IMG/VR virus record: IMGVR_UViG_3300008108_000034
Span: 1-64,000 of that record
Length of the DNA: 64,000 nt
Origin: a virus
Reading direction: 5' to 3' (one strand)
Shown here piece after piece: positions 37,101-46,900 of this stretch. Below the pieces are notes generated by a model. The model did no database searches and was not told the origin of the DNA. It was given only the letters and a program-made list of their open reading frames with translations. Position numbers and translations under genes: made by a program. Each line of letters begins with the position of its first letter. Position 1 is the stretch's first letter.

Positions 37101-37976
37101 TGCAATGAACTCACTCTGTATTACAACGGTTGGATCGGAGATTCTCTTGTTGTTGCCATATGCGGTCTGAAGGTTCTTGAGCATCGCCTCGAAACGAGGA
37201 TCGTCCTTCAACATGTTGAAAAGACCCATGAACAGGGGTTTACGGTCCGTTCTGAGCATTTCAACAAACACGTGCATCACCTCTTCGATGGCATCCTCTG
37301 GTATGACACGACCTTCCACAAGATATATCTTGTTGTTTCGTACAAACGAACGGATGTTGTCCACATTCTCGTAATGCTCATCCTGTTTCAACTTGCCAGG
37401 TTTGACCCACTCATATGTCAAACCTTTGAACTTGGCAACTAGATTGTCCATTATGGGATTGACAATCCGTTTCTGCGCTTCAATCTCTTCCTTGGTGTAT
37501 CTTCTGAGACCTATCTCCTTGACAGCAGGAACGTATTTTATCTTGACTTTTCCCTGCATTGAATAGTTTCTTTCAAACTCAATCCGCATGTCGGGAAACT
37601 TCTTGCGTAATGCAGCTGCGAAACGCTTTGCCTTCTCCTCATTATGCCACGGTTCCTCTCCAGGTTGAAATTCATACCAATGGGAGAAATCATTGCGCAG
37701 TATCTTGGTCATGGCAGACCTTGTGTAGAAAACAGTGTCGATTGTGGGTTCACCGTTCTCATCCAATGGAATATGCGTTGTCCCGTTCTGCCAGTCTCCG
37801 TAACGTTGCTTGAACTTGTTGGTATAAGCTATTGACCATACCTGCAATGCTTTCCTGGGTTCTTGCGGAAACTCATTCAATGCCGCCTGATACAACTTGG
37901 AAGGTTGTCCATTGGGAGCATAGACATTTACAATTTCATCTGTCTGGGGATTCCTATCGAATGCACAAGATCTCAT
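31161..37976 (-). CDS. Giant virion ejection/polyvalent protein with a degenerate zincin and a PD-(D/E)XK nuclease domain
   Basis: APNGQPSKLY...YGDW..LDENGEP N-motif; EEVMH zincin-like site; E...GRLDL...IDLKT...YHMQLAVY nuclease; long coiled coils; adjacent to vRNAP. Confidence 0.8.
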   Translation of the reverse strand: MRSCAFDRNPQTDEIVNVYAPNGQPSKLYQAALNEFPQEPRKALQVWSIAYTNKFKQRYGDWQNGTTHIPLDENGEPTIDTVFYTRSAMTKILRNDFSHWYEFQPGEEPWHNEEKAKRFAAALRKKFPDMRIEFERNYSMQGKVKIKYVPAVKEIGLRRYTKEEIEAQKRIVNPIMDNLVAKFKGLTYEWVKPGKLKQDEHYENVDNIRSFVRNNKIYLVEGRVIPEDAIEEVMHVFVEMLRTDRKPLFMGLFNMLKDDPRFEAMLKNLQTAYGNNKRISDPTVVIQSEFIAKNLAIAMKNELSIAPEGRRSPLANLIQRFFDWLSKLLNMEKVDGKTTLATIAQTINIKGAYFDTPEVDPYLYYSATPDVEGANFNPEDREETQKLDPVNKKKTARELNIEKAEKEIEKIANMRKKLLSTTAFRKTAAQLEVIKKLEQNVKDKLEWLKGGGQTIGVTKYIGSEDTEMLDSFVAELGANFGNFYHYLLEELQEEYINTGKAPIIIMSDPAFFDNFFKKNERLIKFSDFDKDTLRNAALELAGQMSSILSDGKIILPEISIAVQDLNGNMVLGRLDLMAVDKNGNIEVIDLKTKSANKYPIGSFPMMAFTTKNFVKTFFKDGANYLFSQIKDRSALDKYHMQLAVYSEMLRKLNINVNGRTVWALAYKYDKNAEDPKDNKMIGYKIATFRDYDFFGQVDPADQPAMSNGIEMAARQSFRELDQMTDNTTLPGEGKMNPFASIDPSIQDMMLERFDELAKNQFEVIASDVRRISEDKKIPQEEREEKINMLKRRQQSLVSLRESIKKDFSSESSEAIRTAKALLIKTAFDVFTNEIEMIVERVKAIDVPKTFELGTPENQVALGLLQYYNRSLGGMSESIQMFGNTIQQMEDLDPQTKREISQMLHDMREGIAEVENKNGRVGRRVIIAIMKATVGTQSLKVFGEMSKLLEVELQYLEKQIQKMESGQLNPESMTYNALRRLKNLLGSDKPLNTTKLEDFKKRAEEIRQMIAIKQFDDKTIDMYLDGILNSGEHVFYMGSTVQGANGLITMDSIIGDNANSEAIVAAMWKYMYNITERSRVEMLRWAESLGIDKLKQDIIDSLGGITEANKFFSEEIEVDVYDENGNVTGTETVRVYADPAHSKFYKEHDNFTIALRTLNKKIDEINRKLNQGVEEAEAQTLRQERDKLNEQQRATYTAFTEWKIEKTNTILKPEVMRLQLQSGSQIAEISAIRDKISSIVKSVGSDAYLDDMQQEIIDDLESQMSRILQEIRDKDPQAMERYKELDEYYTFRLNYNLWEKKRTAIRNQGDAKLLERFDMNNTDMTPTAEYTDRVNEIFERIAELKSQDPVMQDIRERMNKLRSKAYVRGKFNYKFLNEQEIAEYESLEDELELRKEELRMEPDDMLTDDEKMELNDLFSELASMRTKVLRTDFARDFNNHRDRVIKSYNYLQELNRKRDNLATVDRTLLDQIADAEKQYMNHEKEFATFFNKHSNTKYVVGKDTLAKGGALNEKWRSHLYTYMPSDPNMMEMVPNKKYKIKILKDAAYNPDYQDSFVKNKYGRGFYPMPKGIRFNKDTNMFDITNPKGEYVNPKFMQILANPKTKEFYSKWIVENFLLKQREASGTPLGFRFPNVQQLGFDNLVTKGMTGVAREIQEKAQEVHYAGSEFEKATNESGMAGNMKILFKENYPMAAELTTTNGIEAIVNWNAGFYLNKQLTFLDIYMSSSLNYLEGRYKELVDKGTTESLNNANKLRTIIEQIKFNRDKFVFGQIYEKSTDESKTVLNRKNMRILMQIGAWGRMAFDASMQVGNLLSGNIQGFLSTSASRHATEADYFTAKKLLYGKFFPAMLADWGKISDASFETKLIRFLNPLAKNLDRVMDANTAGKARRLANRVFNVGDLAMIIQDKGEVEIGVTTALMILVNRRYEVFETDPDGNVIMENGTKKLKKNADGSTVMVNGMEAFKLKNNSIHIREDVNLSEREVEDLKVLILTEIYRFQGNYSQATKSKFGSTIWGSLFEYYRKYLIPAISARFQGAFSDTYKGVGSSYGWSTEEAYMGWWVGTWRFFQYHGFKKGAKTFLLDGILSFPGLSALGSDKLKKSINTGIETSDPYRAKAAQTAREVLLAYLGYHLYMMLRAMIYDEDRDDLSWGELQLYRALIKTTNETRSMVPVPIVGKPLDYIDQFGQFTTAFKEVKTMGSLMTNGLWYINYNLTGDEGAYENGFYQRNAGHQQKGDAKVIKNFQDITGFSNIIDMYDPYFRAKEQAKQKY

Positions 37977-37997
37977 TTACTTAACTGTTTTTTATTG

Positions 37998-40900
37998 TCA
38001 ACCACTAACACACCTGTTGTCTTCTTCATCTATCTGTCTGTTCATGTCCTCTATGGTAATATCATCATCCCTTTGAGTAAGCGGATCGGCAGGGATGTCG
38101 TTATTCTGTAGGTCATACACAAATATAGATTCTTTTCCTTTTACAAACCCTTCGAACTTAGGACTTTCAATCATCATCTGCCAATCCGCAAAACCGAAGA
38201 TATCAGCAAAGGAATCCAGACGTTCTTTGGGTATCTCATTTGCAATGTTCTTTGCATCAGGGAATTGCAGAAGTCTTCCATCGACAAACTGATACTTGTT
38301 CAGTCTGCTGTTGGTTTGCACCTTGCTGCCATCCATCCTGGTAAAGACTTTGTTCTTGTGATTTCCAGTAGGAACCGAGGAGACGCTGATCATATACATC
38401 TTGTTCTTCATCACACTTGCATTCCTGGGAAGATCTACCGATTTCATGATGGTTGTGGATTGCGCTCTTCCTTCAAGCATATTGGTGATTTGAGCACCTT
38501 CCTTCATGCTGAATGCCAAAGGTGATACGTGTTTGGAACCTTGTTTCACCACGACTTCATATTCAGCGGACATGCCTATCAAGTCAAGTGTGGGATCAAT
38601 CTCACTGTTTTCATTCTGTGCAAGCGTGCTTATGAAAGCTTCACCCAGGCTTTTTCCATCAATGGTCTTAAGGACCATCATCTGGTTGTACATGTTCACC
38701 CTATACAACGGGAATTTGTAACCTTCATTTGCTCTCAATATTCCTGACTCATACAACATTGTGTTGTAGAAGTTTTGTTTTTGAGAGTCCTTCTCAAGTT
38801 CAGGGATGCTTATGGTTAGTTTTCCTTCCTCATTGGGAGTGAACAGATCAAACTTGTCGCTTTTGACATTCACAGACGGTGCCCCAGGTATTGCAGGTCT
38901 TGAGATACCTTTAACACCTTCTTTGCTTTCAGAATACTTGACAATCAATCTGCTGTTGTCACCTGTCACTGTTTCAAAAAACTCAAGCATGGTTCTTCCC
39001 AGAAGTTTATCTTCCTGTTTTGAGAAATACTTTTTGTTTATCTTCTCCTGGTCTATTGTATTGACCATGGTGTTTTCCTCCATATCGTTCATCATCCTGT
39101 AACTTATGATCTTGGATATTGCTTCAGTGATGACGTCTCCAAGGTTCATGTTCCCAAAGTTGGAGGAGACTATCTTATTGAGTCTTTCCGCATATATCTC
39201 CTTGGCGCTGTCCGACATCTTGAAAACACCTGTACCTATAAGCTCTACAGTGTATTTACTTGGATTCTTTTTTGCCAACTTCAACATGTCATCATCAAGT
39301 TTTACAAGATCCTCTTGAAGATTCCATATAGCTTGAGCCATCGGTTGTGAGAGTTTTGCGGGGAGTATCTCGTAGAAACCACCTTCGGCGGATTGCGCAC
39401 CTGCTTTTATCATTCCATAGTAAGCGATCCTGTGCGCCTTTTCCTTGGTTACAGAATCACCTGTCATCAGATGCAAAAGATCCGCATAGGCTGCTTCACG
39501 TCCACTCGCACCAAGTCGAGAAGTAGCCATTTCAAGAACCCTGATGTTTTTGGTCCTACCTATCGATACCACCTTGATGGCTTTGAGAAACTCATTGTTG
39601 GGATACTGTCTCAGTAGATCATGGTAGTCTGATACGATCTGACCACTTAGGAAATTCTCAGGATCCAGCATTTCCATGTAAATCTGTGGTAACACATCCT
39701 CCTTTTGTTGTTCCATTGTCGCACGCTGCAACTGCAAACCTATGAATGCGTTTATGTCCTTTCTGATCTGCTGCTTGTCATATCCGTATATGTTTTCAAA
39801 CAACAGCATCAGACCTCTCATCATACTGGTGCGCTCGATCAACACCTTGTTTGAGACCTTGTCCATGTATTCAAGCGCTCTCATGTTTGCATCCAAAACA
39901 GGATATGTTGCGAAAAGCTTGGTCATGCTTTCTTTAGTAAAGAAGTTCATCTCCCCCTTTTTCGCTTTCCTGTATGTCGTTATCAACCTATCCATCCTGT
40001 CCATGTCAGGACGCAATGCTTTCATCGGATCTGTAAGAACCGATATATTGAAACTGATCTCATTTGCCAGTTCACTGTATTTCAAGAACTCATTGATTAT
40101 CACAAGATTCTCAATTTCACGGGATACAGAAACATTATTCTTGTCTGTGATCTTGTATCCGAAATTTGATATCGGAACAGTTTTGTCAATCACATCCTGA
40201 GGATCATCCTTTGAAACATCATCATTGAAGATTATCTTATAAGAAGTCTGATCAATAACGTAATCTTTCTTTACTAAAGTTGCATCAAGTTTTGTCCTTG
40301 CTTCTGAACTGTTTTCAAGAATGGAATTCATGTACTTTTTAAGGAAAGTGTTGAAACCCATCCTGCGTCTACGGTTTGTTCTTGAATACGTACTTCCATA
40401 GGTCTGATTGTATTCATTGACAACATCAACGATTATCGGTAAGGATTGGAACAAGATAGCCGCATTTTGGGGAACACCGATGCTGAGCATTGCCGCAAGT
40501 ATGGGGGTAGTCGTACTGTTGAGATGCAATGGTCCATGGTATGGAGTCTTCGGAGCATCCGCAAACATACCTATCAGTGCACCGACAAGCTGTACAGAAT
40601 CACTTACTATTTTATTGGTATTGACCTTTTGCAGTTTTCCACCTATCTCGGTATACATCGATGGACTCATCTGCTTGTTTATCTCAGCGCCAACTGTCAC
40701 AAGCATGCTCACACCTTTGTTGAATGAAGCGGCTATACCCAATGAATCCTTTGATTCGGAGTTCAATGACCTTGCAACGGCAAGAGCGGTTGGAGTATAC
40801 ACGTTTTGTCTGTTGTATATGTCCTTCTCTGTAAGACCTCTTCTTTTAACAAGTGTTGCAATCGGTGCGACAGCCTGATCCGCTGTCATTTTCTTGTCTG

Positions 40901-43900
40901 CAAGGAACCTTTCATACACGTTGGGATTAGACAAGATATTCATCTTGGCATCCAGAACCTTGTTCAGAATGACTTCCGTAACGGGATTGGACTTGGATTC
41001 TTTTTCATATGCTTCAAGCTCATCAGGTCTTGTTGGAAGATCCGAATCCTTCATTTTCTGCAGGACATTGTAAGTCGCTATCAGTCTGCGGAAGGTATCG
41101 ATCATCTGTTCATTTTCAAAGTTCTCAGTCTCTTCCAAGACAGAAGCGTTCTTTGTAAAATAATCATTGAGTTTTCCTCCAAACAATTCACCGAAGGCAT
41201 AAGCCTGTTCCTTTCTGTATCCGGCATCATCTTTTATCTTACGGATCTCATCACTGATGATGTCCGACATGATATCGTCACGACCAAGCGAAGTAAGGTA
41301 TTCTATGAACTTTGCTTCGTTTTGACTCATTCCATACTTCTCAATGTAATGCTTGTAGTTTCCATACGCTATCCTTGTGCCGTCAACGGCATAATAGGAT
41401 GAACGTATGTACGCATACAATGTATCAATGTCAAAGTCAGAACCTGAAAGCATGTGCATTTGGGATGGAACAATGATTCCCGAACCGTATGCTTCATCCA
41501 TGTAATCGACAACCTTGGCAATGAACATGGAACGTTTGTCTTCCGTAGGGATACGTGTCGCAAAAAACTTGCTCAAGTACTCCTCTACAAACTTCTGATC
41601 AACATTCTTAAGTTCCCTTGGTATGACAACTTCGACGGTATAAAGGTCCTTCTTGACCATCTTTCCATCCTCACCCCTCACCTCAATCTCCTCTTTTTCT
41701 ATGGTCAGATATCTGGATTTAGCGTTTCGGTAATCCTGAGGATTCCTCTTATAGTCCGCACGCTTTACAACCTTGCCATTCATCTCCATCACAGGATACA
41801 TGATCGGACTGACGTGGTAGTATTTCCTACCTTCCGTCTTCTTGTCAAATACATTCTTATTGAAGATGCTGAAGTAATAGTATACAAGTATGTTCGCAAG
41901 TCTCGGCATGCTTGGAGGGAAGATCGGTTTACCGCTCTTATCCACTTCAAAGTATTGCAACAGGGTTGCATCAGCTCCTTGATCGCGAAGACCCGCTCTG
42001 ATGTTGTCATACAGTTTGCCAACTATCTTCTCATCAGACGTGTTGAACATACGCATCATGCGTTTCACTTGTGAATCAACAGCTTCCGCAAGACCTTTCT
42101 GATAAGTTTCAATATCATCCTTTATCGCCTTGTACCTCTTGTCATTAGGATCCAACTGACTTATCAAAAGCAGTTTCTGTTGGATACCTGCTGTAATCCT
42201 ATTGGATATCTTGGAGGTACCTACCTGATTATAGGTAAGTTCATTGGGTATGTTGTCAAGTGACTTTTCCAGATCCAGATAAACTCCTGGAGCGGCATCG
42301 GTTATCATGTTATAATCCAACGGAGCCACGGTCGCACGTTTACTGGAATTCGTATCGTATACCTGTTCTATCCTATGGTACTCCATTGAGTTAAGCAGGT
42401 TGTGCAGGAATCCCCCCAATGGACCTTTTGTGGATGGTACGAAATACCCGTGTATGGCCGCCATGGTTTTCTTGTACAGTTCTGATATCGGAGTTGATTC
42501 GTTTGTCTCAGGATCCATCTCCATTTCATCAATCCCTGCTTCAAGCTGCATTGCATAGTAATCAGCAATATCATACAACTGTTCCAACTCCAGCATCGCT
42601 GTGTCATAATTGAGATCAGGACGCAACATGCTGACTTCCTTACGGATGAAAGTATGTTCGGATTGTTTGATGTATTGGAATGCAGCTGTTACGGATTTCA
42701 CACTGTTGAATACGATTCCGGCATCGCGCAATCTTCTGATTCCATCACGATATTGTCTTGTCGATCTTGTCTCATAACGCATCCTGCGCATGATCTGCAT
42801 GGATTCTGGATCAAGTTGACCTGCAGCTTCCGCCATACGCATTCGCCTATCGATTGTATTCAAGGACTGACCGTCAAACGCCTGAACAGCGGTGTTTCCA
42901 TCACCTTCATAAGGTGTAAGACTCAATGGTTTGGTAAGATCGTTCTTATCAATGTACATTACAAAGTCCTTCAGAACGGATGATCTATAAGTAGTCACAT
43001 CACCATACTGACTTCTGTTGGGATCATATATGTTGGAACCAGCTGCCGCACCTGACTTCTGACGTTTGTAGAAGTTTGCAAATGAGGAGATACCCACTGC
43101 AATAGGTCCATCGAATATCTGATTTACAAATATCGAATTGATCCAGTTGTTGAAGAAGAAGTTGCGTTTGAACTGTTCTGGAGAACCTGTTGTCGGAAGG
43201 TCCACATCAGTGAATACGGTTTCAAGTTGGCCTGCGTCATTTTTGATAGTTTCTTTTCCTATGCCGATTTCCTTTAGATAGGTCTCAAAACGATCGTATT
43301 GTTCTTCTGCAAATTCGGAAACCATATCCACAAGCGCAGCGGTGTTCTCAGGATCAGCGACAATGGAATCCCATGATTTATCCTGTTTCGCCATTTCCTC
43401 CAGCATTTTCCTGTTGGATATCCTGTTTGAAACGGTCTCATTTACATTGTCAGGATCCGCAGTCAAACCAAACATGTCTGCAAGGATGTTGAATGTGAAC
43501 CCTCTGTTCAGCTGACCTTTCTGATTAAACTCACTGTCATTATATCCTTCGTATCTTTTTACGGATTCATCGTTCAGTTCCCTGTGATTCTTACGCATCA
43601 GTTCATATTCCTGACGTATAACCTTCATCAGGTCAACCACATGCGATGCAAACTTTCCTACTTTGTTCTGTTTACCTGCAGCATCAAAGTACTCCTTATA
43701 GATGCCATCAACGACGATACTGGTACTTGTAGCCTCATACTGGGTAAGGATGCGTTTGAAAAGTTTTCTGGTGGTGTTTGTTCCTGGAATCGACACATCA
43801 CGCATGCTTTGGAAAAGTCCAAACATGGAGAGCATGAACGACTTTTCATCTATGCCTTTGAAACTGCTGGTGTCACCTTGTTTTTCATTTTGGAAGATGT

Positions 43901-46900
43901 TGTATTTCTGAGCGAATCCCGCAAAAGCTGAAACCTCCATGGTTTCAAGGAATGTCTTGACAACAGGATTGTTCATGTCAAGCATCGGATTGTTCATGAA
44001 ATATTCCTGGAATCCGTTGTAATACTCTGAAATAAGCGCATCAAGACCTCCTTCAATGTCCATCTTATCCGTATCAGGATCGGTCATTGATTGGAGTTTC
44101 ATGATCATCACATATGCAGGAGTCGGCTTTACATATTTGTGAACCAGGTTTCCATTGGCATCTCTGGTGACACTTCCTCCGATACGTGGATTGTATTTCA
44201 ATATAAAAGATCCGAGTGAACGAATGTATGCCTCGCGCAACCTTATGATGTCATTGTCAATCTGTATTCCACGTGCGGCATCGGTTTTTTCCTTTTCAGT
44301 CCTTGATGCCGCCTTTGTCATCACAGTTGGAATCTGTTTACTCCAGAACTCATAACTCAGGTTCTTTATTTCCTTCAACAGCGACTTGTTCATACGGAAC
44401 ATGTTGCGAAGGGTGCTGTCCGGACTGAAGTTGGAAGGATTTGAATCCGTTTTCAAATACATCTGCCAACCCAATGAAATCATGATTGCACTATACGGTA
44501 TGTTCAGATTGAATTTGGATATGGCAACATAGACGTCATCTATGAAGCTTTGGAATGCCGCATCATTGAACATCTCCTTCTGACTACCTGTGAAGAAAGC
44601 GTCCTTCAATGAAGCCGATGACTTGAATATGGTGGCTATCGACTTAAGCATGTTTATGCTCTCGATGATTTCCTCCTTGTCCAACGCCATTGTATTGATT
44701 CGTTCAGTGATTTCAGTACGGATGCGGTTTATGTCCGCTCCCACTACGATATCATCAACCCTGTATGTCTGCTCTTTCGCTTGCAGCTTTTCACCTTTTT
44801 CGGCTCCAAGTCTTGTTTCCGTCTTAACCTGCAACAAGTGTGCGTCAACGGTATTGAACACATCCTGGAACATGACCATGACATGTTTGTTTCTTACCGC
44901 AGCACCTGCTTCGGTTATGCCAGTGGTTGAAGCAAGGGTATTGTAGACACCCATCAAAGAGTCTCTCAATTCCAATGTCTGCGCAATATCATCAGGCATG
45001 TAGAAACCGTAATCCATCCTTGAAACAAGGACATTGTTGTAATGCGTGAGTATTGAATTGAGACGTGATATCTCCGTAAGTATGGCGGGAACGATTTCAG
45101 ACTTTGAAAGATTTGTTGTTATCTTCCTGATTGTGCTGAATATGAGTTTGCTGTCCACCATCTTGGTCCTTTTGACACCAAGTTGCGGATCAGTGTATTC
45201 ATAAGGAATGTATTTGAACAGCTTTCTGAAATATGAACTTCCTTCATATGGAGCCTTGTTTGCAAAACCGAGGTTGGCAAACTGTTGTCCTGACTCTTGT
45301 TCTTCATCTTCAACCTGGAAGTCCTGTTCCAAATCCTGAGTGTCATCGAAAGTGGATTCGTTATACACTTCCCTGAACTCGTCAAGCACATGGTTTTTGA
45401 ACTTCTGTGCGTTCTTTTGACTTATTTGTGTCTGGATCTTGCTGTTTATCACCAGACTGTCATTCGTTGAATCGTTGGTGTAATTCCTCCATGTGAAAGA
45501 CTCTGTGTTGCCGTCCTCTCCAGGAATGTGCATTGTTCCAAGCAACCAGCGGGCGTTTTCATAATGTGATCCATAACGCTCGATTATGCTTTGCTCCTGA
45601 TCAGGAAACTGTCTGATTAGATTCTCGATTTTGTAATCCTGCAACACACGCAATCTGGCAAGGTTGAACAACTGATTCATCTTCAGATCAGGATCGCTGT
45701 TCTCAACACGTATCTGCGCCATCGCATAGACCATCTTGTCACGGAGTTCCGAAGTGACATATGACGGTATTATCTGATTTCCGAACTTAGGCTGGTTTCC
45801 ATTGCCGAACGTTATGAATGGAATACTCTTGTAATCCATGCTGTAAACGGAATCGGTATCCTTTGTCGCATCCCTTAATGCGGTATTCCTGTATTTGCCA
45901 AGTGTGATGTCATAATAAAGGTTCTGTATGCGACCTTCCTTCTTGAACATGTTGATCATCTTCTTCAACCATGTGAAGAGTTTTTCCATCCATGTCTTGG
46001 GGACTTTGTTGGTCTCCATGAAGGATGCGAAACCGTCAGCGAGATACTCCTCGTATATCAGGTTCTTGATTTGCTCGTCTGTAAGGTGTCCATAGCTGCG
46101 ACGCTCCCTGAACTCGCTTGCATAAACCTTTTCACTACCTACCTGTATGTATTTACCCTTGCTATCTGTCTTGTAATCACCGAGAAGCTTACCCACTTCC
46201 TTCAGGTAGTACACCTGGTGTGCTGGACTAAGCAGTCTTCTGAATACTCCGTGGAACGCTTCATGGTATACGACACCTTTCACTCTCAAGGTTTCATTGA
46301 GGTATATGACGGTGTCTCGGTAATAACCCAGTACATGTCCATCGACATTCATTCCCTGAAGATCATCCTTCCTCACAAAGGAGAAGGCATCTGGAATAAG
46401 TGCGCTTATCACACGTATTTCCTCTGAACGGTCTTCTTCCGAAAGAGCCACAAAGCTTTCGACGTTTGTACCTAGTTTGAAGTTTGTGATATCCTCATCC
46501 TGGGATGTCTGGTCAAGATTGTTCCAATCTATCGCCGTACCTGCCGATGTCTTTTCATTGGATACGGTGGGATCGACAGAAGGAGTGGAATGATCCACGT
46601 CAACAACCTCAGCTGAGACATCATAATCCTTTCCCTTGGCGGGAGCAGCAGGTGCTTTTCTTTTGATGACAGGAATCACTATCCGCTTTGCAATGTCCCT
46701 TGGGGAAATCACAAGTTCATTGCGAGTTTGTATCTTCTTGGTGAAGAAGTTGTTACGGATATCCTCCTTTGCAATCCTTCTTTGAACTTTCAGTACTTTC
46801 CCATCAAACAACGCATAGTTCACAAATTCATCAGGGATGAGACCTGGAGAAACTCTTCCGTCATCACGAGCCTTTTGATAGTTGTTTATGATGTCATCAA

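Noticed and set aside
36522-37442. 306-aa plus-strand ORF
   Set aside because: Antisense shadow of the 2271-aa gene, with unnatural L/F/C/H-rich composition and no motifs.
37977-38000. Readthrough fusion of vRNAP to the 2271-aa protein
   Set aside because: In frame, but TGA is followed by two more in-frame TAA codons within the 21-nt gap.
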